Shown here in pieces: positions 11,401 through 19,958 of a stretch of 64,000 bases of DNA. The translations under genes and the position numbers were made by a program. Positions within the stretch are counted from its first letter, which is position 1, and every line of letters begins with the position of its first letter. Origin of the DNA: a virus. Its lineage: Duplodnaviria; Heunggongvirae; Uroviricota; Caudoviricetes. Where the stretch lies: IMG/VR virus record IMGVR_UViG_3300015177_000008, positions 1-64,000 of that record; one strand, given 5' to 3'. The notes below the pieces were generated by a model. That model was given only the letters and a program-made list of their open reading frames with translations. It did not search any database and had not been told where the DNA came from.

Positions 11401-13039
11401 TCTGGCTGCCAGCACCAACTACCCCCATGATCCCTGCTCGCATCAGTTTGAACGCAACCATCGCGGCCACGACCTTACCGAGATTAATTACCAGCTCTTG
11501 GTTCTTTGCTAACCATTGAGCAAGCTGACGCAACCCATCGATTGCCGTCGTTAACCCCGAACCTAAAGAATTGGCAAACGAGATCCCTTCGGCGCTATTC
11601 ATGATTGAAGCCAGTTCTTTCATCCCCTTTGATAGAGAATCCAGATATCCGGCCTGACCAACTCGATCAGCAAATAACGTGAATGACGTCTGAAGTTGCG
11701 CCAGCGCACCTGTGTAGGTTTGCATCATGTCTTTCGCTGCGTTCTCGTTCTCCGCACGCAGACCAACAAACATCAGAGACAACGCCTGCTTTGCCTCAAC
11801 CGTACCGCTGGCAACGGCTTTAGTCAGTTCCCCCATAGTGATGCCTGCGGCGTCTGCCATTGCCTGCATCGCGTTAGGAACGGCTTCACCTAATTGCTGA
11901 CGTAGCTCTTCCATTGACACAACGCCCTTACCGGACATCTGCTGAACGGCCACAGCCGCACGTTTCAACAGCTCACTATCACCACCAAAACGAGCAACGG
12001 AGTCCACCAGCGCCTTCAGAGAACCATCGGTTGGATCTAAGCCAGCAGAACGAAACTTCACGAAGGAGTCTGTTAACGCCTGCATCGCGAACGGCGCATT
12101 TTGAGCCATGTCTACGATGTACTTCATATCATCAGCGGCAGCCTGGCCAGGGTTGGACTTCTCCTTATTCAACCCTCGAAGCATCACCCGCATACGTTCC
12201 ATTTCGGCCGCAGCTTCAACAATAGGCTTCTGCCACCCAAACATGATGTCAGTAACCGTTCTGGCTGCATCTCCGATCTCGCCAAGCAGGAAAATGTTGC
12301 CACGAAGGCCAGAGAATATACCTCCTTCGTTATTTTTACCGCTGTGGCCAGAAGCGCCGCTACGCTGCCTGCTACCGCTACCACCATCACCACTTCCAGA
12401 TGTACGAACACGTACCGGCTTGCTAATCAGTTGCTGACGCCCGATAACTTCGTCCATCTGCTCACGAACCTTTTTCAGTCCCTCGGCAGCCTGAGTCGTT
12501 GTGACACCCCAATTACTGAGTCGCTTCGTCGTGGTATTAAGGCGCGTATTCATGCCACTCACGGACGCAGAGGCTTCTTTGACCTCCGTATCAAAGCGGC
12601 TTGCGCTTTTGCTTGCATAGGTCGCCCAATCAGAGAAATCATTTAGCTCTGATTGCACTTTACGTAATGACGCGGTGAGTTTATCTACTGAAGAAGTTGT
12701 CGTATCGACGCGCTCAATTAGGGCTTTAAGACCAGAATTGAGGCTGGTGATGTTGCCACGCATTTTACGCGTAGCATCTGAAGCAAGCTCAAAACCGGCA
12801 GCTACATCCTGTAGTTTATCTGCCGTAGAATCGAGCTTGCTTTCCAGAACGCCAATGATACGGGCGACCGAACCCAAAGAGCGTTCAAAGGTTTGGATTT
12901 TTTGAGCAGGCTTTGTTACCTGCTCACCAAATCGAGTAAGCAGTTTCCCCGCACGATCGATTGACGCTGTAAACTGTTTGTCTTCCAGCGACAGGATAAA
13001 CTCTACGTTTTGTGACATTCCCTTGTCATCCTCTGCCAA
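8453..13039 (-). CDS. tail tape measure protein
   Basis: 1528 aa, long coiled-coil central region, hydrophobic segments, Gly/Ser-rich C-terminus; position between G/T and M. Confidence 0.85.
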   Translation of the reverse strand: MAEDDKGMSQNVEFILSLEDKQFTASIDRAGKLLTRFGEQVTKPAQKIQTFERSLGSVARIIGVLESKLDSTADKLQDVAAGFELASDATRKMRGNITSLNSGLKALIERVDTTTSSVDKLTASLRKVQSELNDFSDWATYASKSASRFDTEVKEASASVSGMNTRLNTTTKRLSNWGVTTTQAAEGLKKVREQMDEVIGRQQLISKPVRVRTSGSGDGGSGSRQRSGASGHSGKNNEGGIFSGLRGNIFLLGEIGDAARTVTDIMFGWQKPIVEAAAEMERMRVMLRGLNKEKSNPGQAAADDMKYIVDMAQNAPFAMQALTDSFVKFRSAGLDPTDGSLKALVDSVARFGGDSELLKRAAVAVQQMSGKGVVSMEELRQQLGEAVPNAMQAMADAAGITMGELTKAVASGTVEAKQALSLMFVGLRAENENAAKDMMQTYTGALAQLQTSFTLFADRVGQAGYLDSLSKGMKELASIMNSAEGISFANSLGSGLTTAIDGLRQLAQWLAKNQELVINLGKVVAAMVAFKLMRAGIMGVVGAGSQMVSTFATMATAIQTPFNLGATAVTRFNRAARMGLAPIPSLIFAIRGAITGLKGAFAGLTAFIAANPIGFVFTAAMTAVAGLITYMTMLRSETSKVVDEIRKIPEAMTAAKRAQMAEYKARLEQQITQKEQELKSGEKVVYGPGMTGTTVKINHDERKRIENELNELRKKRDETNETIARGDLAVAKRLAKETAESQIEKILEENRDFAATFVKARQEALEKIQKIKDDGSLSDDEKNKLLAPLRETVNKSYLEPAQKLVDSLSSRKNATEKQIATLNDQLEKAKKEGNTEQIQKLQGSIRGYQEHLEVVAQELTQAEFKRDNAAKSGNGLVSINGDVLGLGTTDKAAQKALAQYMRNQMDSATYQRTLPDGTPMMDFEGKPIIGPKQLKTQLNLQKASSASSLEKMSDEERAAAIAALTKAREQDAAAAEKAAQRSANASQRAAKKEQAAQQKLAAGYQKSLDKADQLMGQMGESSKATVSFDQSLRDTTKSLTDLANAVPNEFITQEMIDKAKKRLEDLKNATPEYREMFNRRNVEQMISTWAPEADSIISAGYTPSREEKVADFEDTYNRNLKALIELRDEASDPKVVALYTKKINQLIAAGNTALIKETGTATQKLALEYENLAEQIESTWTDLFSGLTDVLTDFVINGKMSFSSLSQSILKDITNMVVKSQITLPLMNMLGMGTTAAGSSQSGNLLTGVASAVANQGVRMGNTVNGDKSVGEATKETSSSVTGLGQTTQQTTSAIGTATNAIGSWVSGLFDSTEAKDAETKAVKDSIFSMQNLSSVTGALSAAFAMLGANASGSGNKWLSFGATVASGLVSAWAGGGFDSVTSSSAKTATSSVADGTKGIPAIPKFANGGIFGKDGVIPLRAYQKGGIANSPQLALFGEGSMNEAYVPLPDGRTIPVTLSTDGMSGGGNVLSPVSIEINVHSDGSTTESGDTESIWNNAAKRVKAVVLETIAQEKRPGGSLNPNTQRN

Positions 13040-13412
13040 ATATTTGCATCAGTTGCTCTTTGGCGTCAGGGTCTGCCTTATCCTGGCTTGGATCGTAGAC
13101 TTTATCTGTTACGACTGGTCTTCCAATCCTGAGTTGCAAACCCTCCATGAACGCCTTCACAGCCTCGCCATCCGCCTGGGACGCACGAGCGACTTGTAAG
13201 TTGCGGACATCCTCTTCCGCACGCAGACGGTCTATATTGCGACTGAGCATCCAGAACATCGTGAGAGGGATGTTCAATAGCTCTAATGGCGACACAGCGT
13301 AGTGAGCAACTACACGACTGAAATAGAATCCGAGATCTATTGAAACGGTCCTTGTCCCGGATTCATCGCGGGAAATTACTTTGCCCCTTCGCCAGCCGCT
13401 TTTTCGTTTTCT
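13026..13412 (-). CDS. T-like -1 frame extension of the tail assembly chaperone (G-T fusion product)
   Basis: Frame is open from about 13412 (by my translation) and is -1 relative to the G-like ORF that stops at 13376; conserved G/GT arrangement immediately upstream of the tape measure gene. Confidence 0.45.
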   Translation of the reverse strand, partial: RKRKSGWRRGKVISRDESGTRTVSIDLGFYFSRVVAHYAVSPLELLNIPLTMFWMLSRNIDRLRAEEDVRNLQVARASQADGEAVKAFMEGLQLRIGRPVVTDKVYDPSQDKADPDAKEQLMQIFGRG

Positions 13413-13693
13413 TCATCAATCACTTCCATAGCGAAGGTGAAGATCTGCTGGAGTTGCGGAACAGTCAGTTTTTCAAGAACTTCGTCAGGTACTGAAGGGA
13501 TAACCTTACGAACCAGATCTGCATAAGCTGTCACTTGCTCAACAGGAGACATGTTCATGAGATCTTTTCCTTCCATCTGCTTGATGGAAACGAACAGACC
13601 TACCGTCATTTCAACGATGGGATATTCCTGACCGCCAAATTTGATGCTTTTCTTCGGAGGCAGAATGGAATCTAGATCGAGTAATTTGGTCAT
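13376..13693 (-). CDS. tail assembly chaperone (lambda G-like)
   Basis: 105 aa acidic protein between major tail protein and tape measure, with overlapping -1 frame ORF downstream. Confidence 0.55.
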   Translation of the reverse strand: MTKLLDLDSILPPKKSIKFGGQEYPIVEMTVGLFVSIKQMEGKDLMNMSPVEQVTAYADLVRKVIPSVPDEVLEKLTVPQLQQIFTFAMEVIDEENEKAAGEGAK

Positions 13694-13748
13694 TGGTTAA
13701 AATCCTTTTAAAAGAGAGGCTCATCCTGAGCCTCTGCTTAATTACTGA

Positions 13749-14495
13749 TTAATCTGCGGGGTTAATCGTTACTGACTTAGTTGCCTTCTTACCACCGCTA
13801 TTGCTGGTGAAGGAGATATTTGTAGAACCCTGCGCCACACCACGTACCAGACCCGTTTGATCTACCGTGGCCTTTTCCTGGTCTTCGGATTCCCAAACAC
13901 CGGTTTTGTCTGCGGCATCAGCTGGAGTGATTTCGGCTGTCAGTTGCACAGTTTCTCCAGCTTTTACGGTTGGAGATTCCGGTGAGATCGACACAGTTTT
14001 TACCGGTTTAGGACCGCTCATTTTGCCCAGAACGCCTTCATCATCCGGGTATGCGCTGAACTGAACAGAGAACACACGAACATCATCAGACTGGTAGGTC
14101 ATAGTGAAGTTGCCCGCGGTTGCCGCTTTCGGGATGGTCAACACATAGTCGGTGGTGTCCTGCGGAGTCAGAACCAGCTCCTTCGCCACATCAATCAGGT
14201 TAACGCCCTGTGCAGATGTGATCGTGACAGAGTTGTCATCTTCGCTCAGAGTAGAACCAGGCATCAGGTCAACCATGTTTTGGAGTACAGACTCAGCCAG
14301 AGGCGCGGTGATGGTAATGTTGCGCCCCTGAACTAATTCGGAAATTACGGTCTGCCCCAACTGATCGACGGTGACTTTCAGCGTTTCAGTGGCTACTTCA
14401 ACCTGAACACCACCTTTGGTGTAACCCAAATCCACACCACCAAACGACACCTTACAGGCACCAAGTTTGATGTTTTTTACATGGGTATTAGACAT
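13749..14495 (-). CDS. major tail protein with C-terminal Ig-like (Big_2) domain
   Basis: Start moved to internal ATG at 14493-14495 (AGGAG RBS 10 nt upstream; ORF track start 14531); C-terminal Big_2-like segment as in lambda V. Confidence 0.7.
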   Translation of the reverse strand: MSNTHVKNIKLGACKVSFGGVDLGYTKGGVQVEVATETLKVTVDQLGQTVISELVQGRNITITAPLAESVLQNMVDLMPGSTLSEDDNSVTITSAQGVNLIDVAKELVLTPQDTTDYVLTIPKAATAGNFTMTYQSDDVRVFSVQFSAYPDDEGVLGKMSGPKPVKTVSISPESPTVKAGETVQLTAEITPADAADKTGVWESEDQEKATVDQTGLVRGVAQGSTNISFTSNSGGKKATKSVTINPAD

Positions 14496-14569
14496 TGATG
14501 GAAAACTCCTTTTTCCGTTAATTCTACGCATTCATTGCGCTAATAGTAAGTATATACTTACTAATTGAG

Positions 14570-14926
14570 TTAATTCAATAAATAGCCAGCAAATTCAACA
14601 GGAATGCCTGCTTCTATTAATGCCCCATCATTTTTGGGATAAATGATTGGCATCGCCATCGGTCGTACAAGTCGAAAATAAACACCACCAGATTCCGTTT
14701 CCTCTACTGGAAACATCTCAATGATTTTATTGGCTTTCTCAACCGTCGTAGTAATTGACGAACCACGCACAATGATTGTGAATGATTCGTGATAAAAGCC
14801 CTGTAGCTCATGATCGATGCTGATACCGGTATTTGGGTTAATAAGCAGGACGCCAGATTTCACATTGGCAGGCAAGTAGTGACAGAAAATGTCAGTCCCG
14901 ACCGTGCCAATCTTTGCCTTCTGCAT
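14570..14926 (-). CDS. tail completion / terminator-position protein (hypothetical)
   Basis: Synteny only; start set at internal Met (MQKAKIGT..) to avoid 120-nt overlap with the upstream gene. Confidence 0.4.
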   Translation of the reverse strand: MQKAKIGTVGTDIFCHYLPANVKSGVLLINPNTGISIDHELQGFYHESFTIIVRGSSITTTVEKANKIIEMFPVEETESGGVYFRLVRPMAMPIIYPKNDGALIEAGIPVEFAGYLLN

Positions 14927-14954
14927 CAAACTTGCAAACGCTTCGATAAACACA

Positions 14955-15428
14955 TTAACCTCTCGTAAAACCGGCTTTTCTGGCAGCCTCAAGAATCGCT
15001 TCTGAGAACTGCTTCTCGCTAATTTCCACCGCTCTTTCCAGAAAGTGTGGCCCAACACGAGGTTTAACACCGACAATTGGTGGGTTTGTCACGTTCTTCA
15101 TTCGAGAAAGATAACCGAGTCGATATTTACCCAGCTCCATGTACTTAGCATAGTCACCTACTTCTACGCCCGGATGCCCCTGACGTGGTTTTGCTCCAGA
15201 CACAGAAAGCTCAATGCGCAGCCCTGAATAACCTTCTTTAATCACCCTGGCAAAGATAGCTGTCTCCAGAGATCCGGTTTCCAGCGGAGCCATTGCACGG
15301 CTGAGACGCTCAACCAAACGCGCCAGCTTTTCCATGTCCCGAATTAGATATCGCTTAAATGCTTTCTGGCTGTTGTTGAGTCTATTCCCCGCACGTTTGA
15401 ACTGATGCACATCGTATTTCAGACCCAT
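14955..15428 (-). CDS. HK97 gp10-like tail component protein
   Basis: 157 aa, family resemblance by eye; position in the head-tail joining block. Confidence 0.45.
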   Translation of the reverse strand: MGLKYDVHQFKRAGNRLNNSQKAFKRYLIRDMEKLARLVERLSRAMAPLETGSLETAIFARVIKEGYSGLRIELSVSGAKPRQGHPGVEVGDYAKYMELGKYRLGYLSRMKNVTNPPIVGVKPRVGPHFLERAVEISEKQFSEAILEAARKAGFTRG

Positions 15429-15763
15429 ATATTCGCCCCCACTTCAAGATGCCCAGGTCTTCCTCGTAGCCCCCAGCGGCGATGAACACTGGACACCTTT
15501 AATTTTTGACCTTCAAGGATCAGTACATCATCAAGTTGTACAGCCGCTTCCAAAGGGACAACTAACACAGCATCAAACAGCTCCAGACTCGCCTTACCAC
15601 GACTACCAGAGCTATCAGCACGAACTGACGATTTCTCATTACTCTGTTCGAACTTAACCACGCCGACATTCGTCTTCCTGACGAATTGTAATTGCGCCTC
15701 ACCGTAAACGTTCTTTGCGCCAAAGCGGTAGATCGCAATTTCTGTTTGCCATGAAATATTCAT
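15419..15763 (-). CDS. head-tail adaptor / head closure protein (hypothetical)
   Basis: Synteny; likely start at internal Met (MNISWQTE..). Confidence 0.35.
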   Translation of the reverse strand: MNISWQTEIAIYRFGAKNVYGEAQLQFVRKTNVGVVKFEQSNEKSSVRADSSGSRGKASLELFDAVLVVPLEAAVQLDDVLILEGQKLKVSSVHRRWGLRGRPGHLEVGANIWV

Positions 15764-15842
15764 GCTCTCTCCCTGTTGTTGTCGGTCGCTCTCATTACTG
15801 GCCAAAAACCCTTTAGACCAAAAGTAAATAATGCGACTGGCG

Positions 15843-16676
15843 TTACGCACGGCGAACAATCATACGGTTGTTGATGTAACTGACCAGCAAGCGCCAGGTA
15901 CTGCGAGCCACATGCACGTTTGCAGCTTTGCCGGTACGGTACATGTTGGTTGTTTCACCGATGGACTCTGACAAAATGCCATCTTCTCGTGCTGCGGCAA
16001 CATCATTGCCATTTGCGATCTCACACGCTTCGTTGACAACGGCAAGCATCAACGCTTCTTTGAAGTAGTCAGGGAACTCTTCAAACTTCTCCTGCGTCAT
16101 CTTTTCCCAATCGACTAAATCATGCCGATACGCTCCATCTGCTCCCCACGGAATGTCATACACATTCAGCATATTTTGAGGGCGATCGTATCGGTCAAAG
16201 TCGATACGTAGAATTTTGCGGATTGAGAACGGTAAAGTTTTAATTCGTCTGGTAGCCTCAATGAGACGCTTGCGCATTAAGCCTTCACCATCCGATAGCA
16301 AAGTGTCCCCATTCAGCATATCGATCGCCTGCATTTGAGCATCAGCGACAGTTGCAAACGACTGTTCTGGTATCGACAGTTCAAAACTATTCAGCAGAAC
16401 ATACATTTGCCGCTCTTCATGCGTCAGACCCGATGCAACAGCCTTCACAATGACGTACCGCAGATCGCGTTCTTTCTCAGAGAGCTGGTTATATTCAGCC
16501 GACACGACAACCGGAATCGACATTTGCCCGCTGGTAATTTCTAGCGGCTCGCCATCAACGAGAATAGCCCCGGTGCTGTCCTTTACTGTGTAGGTGGCAG
16601 ATTCGATATCCAGCACGTTGAAGGCAAATGAAAGAGAAACAGCTTCACCGCTACGATACGAGTCGATCTGCGCCAT
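15843..16676 (-). CDS. hypothetical phage head-tail joining protein
   Basis: 277-aa ORF in structural block, start/stop coupled to neighbours. Confidence 0.4.
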   Translation of the reverse strand: MAQIDSYRSGEAVSLSFAFNVLDIESATYTVKDSTGAILVDGEPLEITSGQMSIPVVVSAEYNQLSEKERDLRYVIVKAVASGLTHEERQMYVLLNSFELSIPEQSFATVADAQMQAIDMLNGDTLLSDGEGLMRKRLIEATRRIKTLPFSIRKILRIDFDRYDRPQNMLNVYDIPWGADGAYRHDLVDWEKMTQEKFEEFPDYFKEALMLAVVNEACEIANGNDVAAAREDGILSESIGETTNMYRTGKAANVHVARSTWRLLVSYINNRMIVRRA

Positions 16677-17110
16677 TACTCACCGCCTTGTGCTTTCAGG
16701 ATGCCTTCAATCATCTCGACAATTCCTTTCGCTTTAACACCAACCTGATTACCAATAACTCGTAGACCGGCAATACCTTCGTTGTCTGCAATGGACTCCA
16801 GCTCTTCTCGTGTGAAAGCCTGGATCTGTTTGGCCGGTTCATCTGGTGTTCCACGTTTCATTGGCACAATGTCAGGCGCTGCTGGCTCGGTAATCAGGTC
16901 TGCTGTCAATTCACCACGAGCACTGTATGCGGCAGACGGAGAGACATTTTTGCCCTCTACTGTTGACGCTCGCATTGAAGCACAAATCCTCTGCTGATCG
17001 ATAAAAGGCAACTCCGCTACAGATACCCCGTTCTCGAACTGAACGCCGCACAGCATTCCCGAATAACCGGAAAATTGCGGTTCTAATAAAACAATTTTTG
17101 CTGGTTTCAT
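16676..17110 (-). CDS. hypothetical phage structural protein
   Basis: 144-aa ORF, ATGA-type overlap with downstream gene. Confidence 0.4.
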   Translation of the reverse strand: MKPAKIVLLEPQFSGYSGMLCGVQFENGVSVAELPFIDQQRICASMRASTVEGKNVSPSAAYSARGELTADLITEPAAPDIVPMKRGTPDEPAKQIQAFTREELESIADNEGIAGLRVIGNQVGVKAKGIVEMIEGILKAQGGE

Positions 17111-17154
17111 AACGCTTTCTCTCCACTTGGGCGGCTTTCACCGCCCAATATCGG

Positions 17155-18075
17155 TTATTCCTGTACGGCAGTGACCTCTACGGTCGCTGTCGATTTGTGG
17201 CTACCATCTTGGGTAGTAACCTCGATTGTGGCAGTACCAGCCGCAACACCAGTTACAACACCGGTTTCGCTGTCCACCGTTGCAAACTCGGTATTTTTGG
17301 ATTCCCAAGTAACGGTTTTATTTGTGGCTCCTGCAGGCTCGACATTTGCGGTCAGCTGAACAGTTTTGTTTGCCTCAACGGTTGTGCTATTTGGGTCGAT
17401 TTCGACACCAGTAACAGCCACAACAGGCGCAGTTACTTCCACCGTTGCAGTTGCCTTTTTGCTGCCATCTTGGGAAACGATCTCAATCGTCGCAGTGCCA
17501 ACTTCTACACCAGTAACGTTCCCGCTCTGGTCTACCGTTGCCTTGTCTTCATTTTTAGAAGACCAGGTAACAGCCTTATTCGTCGCATTTGACGGCTGAA
17601 CATTCGCTTTCAGACTGACTGATTTCCCTTTCTCAACAGAGGTTGAGTCTGGCGTTACCGTTACGGATTGAACGGCTACCGGATTTACGGTGACTTCCAC
17701 TGAAGCGGAAAGCTGGGTTTCCTGATCAGTTGCAGTAATTTTTACTTTGCCTGGTGCTACGCCAGTTACTAATCCAGTGCCGTTAACGGTTGCAATTTGA
17801 TCATTGGCTGACTTCCAGGTGAATGAACTGGCACTCTTACCCATACTAATACCTGCACTAAGTTGAACAGTTTTCCCAACCAAAACTGACGGTGAAGCCG
17901 GGGTTATGTTTACGGATTGGGAGAGGGAAACCGCCTGCAAACAAGCAGATAGCTGACTTTGTTGCCGCTCGGTTAAAGGTTCATCGGAGATAGAATTGGT
18001 AAATCCGGCGCGGCACATATGCCCCGTAAAATCCGAAAATGCCTCTTCCGTAATCTTCATCTTTTGTTCTGGCAT
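17155..18075 (-). CDS. Ig-like domain (three Big_2 repeats) capsid decoration / head fibre protein
   Basis: Three tandem ~85-aa repeats (VTVTPDSTSV..ATVEVTA); directly downstream of the major capsid gene. Confidence 0.55.
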   Translation of the reverse strand: MPEQKMKITEEAFSDFTGHMCRAGFTNSISDEPLTERQQSQLSACLQAVSLSQSVNITPASPSVLVGKTVQLSAGISMGKSASSFTWKSANDQIATVNGTGLVTGVAPGKVKITATDQETQLSASVEVTVNPVAVQSVTVTPDSTSVEKGKSVSLKANVQPSNATNKAVTWSSKNEDKATVDQSGNVTGVEVGTATIEIVSQDGSKKATATVEVTAPVVAVTGVEIDPNSTTVEANKTVQLTANVEPAGATNKTVTWESKNTEFATVDSETGVVTGVAAGTATIEVTTQDGSHKSTATVEVTAVQE

Positions 18076-18085
18076 TTCTTGCTCC

Positions 18086-18116
18086 TACAAAAAGGGTGGG
18101 CGTATAGCCCACCCTT
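18086..18116 (-). terminator. intrinsic terminator after the major capsid gene
   Basis: GGGTGGGC-tatac-GCCCACCC hairpin followed by a U-tract on the minus strand. Confidence 0.5.
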
Positions 18117-18148
18117 AAACATAGATAATTACTTATCTACCGCACTGA

Positions 18149-19024
18149 TTAAATTTTTACATTGGTCAGTGCAGCGATAGCCTTATCGTGCTTATTCGCC
18201 AGAGAGCAGTACCACTTCACACGGGTACGTACTGCGTCTTTGTTCTGTACAGTACCAATGTTTTCAACAACGATACCTGCGTTATCGCCGCCATACAGAC
18301 CAGTAACGCCGTTCTCTTCTGACAGATGCAAGCAGTAGATGCTTGCTTTGCCAGCATCGGTCGGGATGAAGTCGTTGATGATGAACGGAACGCCGTTATG
18401 ACACAGCATCGGACGACCGAAGTTCTCCATCATGATTTCAGACGGACCTACATTTACTGTACGCAGCAGCGCACGGTAAGCACGAAGGTGCTCTGAACGC
18501 ATCATGATGCAGTCAGCACCAAGATCTTTCACCGCATCGACCAGTTCGTCGAACATAGAGAAAGTCATAGATGCACCGGCGATATCGATCTTCTGATCTG
18601 CGTGCATCAGGCGTGGAATACCGTCGAACGCTTTGTTGTTGGAGCTGGAGTCACCCAAAATCAGGTTGCGGCGGAACGCACGAGCCAGACCTTTAACTTT
18701 CTGACGAACCTGAATAGCCAACTGGTTATTGGTGTCGGCCATAGTGGTTGCCAGGAATTTATCAACGTCTACGTCACCAGCCAGAATACGCAGTTTCGCA
18801 ACGCATTCTTCGAAGGTTGCTGCACCTTCAGGGATGGTGTCGTTAACGTCGATGAAGGTAGCTTCACTCAGCGTTTTTTCACGGTTGTACAGATATGCCT
18901 TTGAATTAATTTTCATAAAAGGCAGGATGGCAAACAGGTCATCGCGATCGATGATAGTTTCGATCACACCCTGTTCAAGTTCGTTGTTAGACAGCTTTTC
19001 AGCTTCTTCACGCAGTAATGGCAT
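18149..19024 (-). CDS. major capsid protein
   Basis: 291 aa, between scaffold and decoration genes; followed by a terminator, as often seen after coat genes. Confidence 0.6.
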   Translation of the reverse strand: MPLLREEAEKLSNNELEQGVIETIIDRDDLFAILPFMKINSKAYLYNREKTLSEATFIDVNDTIPEGAATFEECVAKLRILAGDVDVDKFLATTMADTNNQLAIQVRQKVKGLARAFRRNLILGDSSSNNKAFDGIPRLMHADQKIDIAGASMTFSMFDELVDAVKDLGADCIMMRSEHLRAYRALLRTVNVGPSEIMMENFGRPMLCHNGVPFIINDFIPTDAGKASIYCLHLSEENGVTGLYGGDNAGIVVENIGTVQNKDAVRTRVKWYCSLANKHDKAIAALTNVKI

Positions 19025-19049
19025 CTATCAATTCCCTTTGATTTAGATG

Positions 19050-19937
19050 TTACTTAAGTCCAATTTTCCCCAGACCGGAGGCCAACTTATCCATAGTCGA
19101 CTTGTTCTTCGGTTGGGATATTGTGTAGGTTGATTTGGAATGTGAGCCTACACCCTGCTTGGCTTCGCTACGCATCAATGCGTCAGCTTCCGGATCTGCC
19201 CGCACAATGCGTTCAATCGCGGATTCAAACGGCAACGGCTTACCTTCACCGTCAACCAGAACAGCTCGTTCTTTATGACCTGCCGGTTTGTCATAACCCA
19301 CTACGCTACCGTCTTCACCCACTTCAAAATGAGAACCGTAGATCACGCGGGCTTTTGCCGGAGTCATCAGAACTTTGTCACGTAGGAAGAGAGAGTTACT
19401 GAAGGAAGCGCCCACGGTCATCTCGACTAATTGAGATTTCAGTGATGCGTTTTCACTTTCCAGTGCTGCATAACGTTCGTCACGCTGTGCCAGCTCTGCC
19501 TGGTGTGCTTCGATCATCTGTTTTTTAACAGCATCGAACTCACCACGACGCTCCAGTTCAGCTTGCTCCGCCTCACGACGTGCGTTTTCTGCGGCCTGTT
19601 CAGCTTCTAAAAGCTGGCGAGCACGCGCCGGGTCGATATCACCGTACTGAGCAAGCTGATCGGCCAATGTGCGCTCTTTCTCTTTGCGCTTCATGTTCTC
19701 TTTCAGCAGTTCAGCACCAGCTTTCTTGGTTTTGCGAAGTTCGGCCAGTAACTCTTCATGAGTCATGCCAGCGTATTCGTCATCACCCTTCGGCTGCTCT
19801 TTTTGTTCACCCTGTTTGTCAGGATCTTGTGTACTCTGCTCATTATCAGCAGCTACACCGCCAGCGCCTCCACGCTCATGCGCTTCAGCAACATCCATCA
19901 GACCACGACGGGCCAAAAGCATTTGCCACAGTTTCAT
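19050..19937 (-). CDS. capsid scaffolding protein
   Basis: 295 aa, highly charged, coiled-coil (ELERRGEFDAVKKQMIEAHQAELAQRDERYAALESENASLK); between portal and capsid. Confidence 0.5.
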   Translation of the reverse strand: MKLWQMLLARRGLMDVAEAHERGGAGGVAADNEQSTQDPDKQGEQKEQPKGDDEYAGMTHEELLAELRKTKKAGAELLKENMKRKEKERTLADQLAQYGDIDPARARQLLEAEQAAENARREAEQAELERRGEFDAVKKQMIEAHQAELAQRDERYAALESENASLKSQLVEMTVGASFSNSLFLRDKVLMTPAKARVIYGSHFEVGEDGSVVGYDKPAGHKERAVLVDGEGKPLPFESAIERIVRADPEADALMRSEAKQGVGSHSKSTYTISQPKNKSTMDKLASGLGKIGLK

Positions 19938-19958
19938 AAAAATTCCCTTTGTTACTTA

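Noticed and set aside
1827-12646. Numerous plus-strand ORFs (60-180 aa) overlapping J, the tape measure gene and other structural genes
   Set aside because: Antisense to long, well-supported minus-strand genes, with low-complexity translations.
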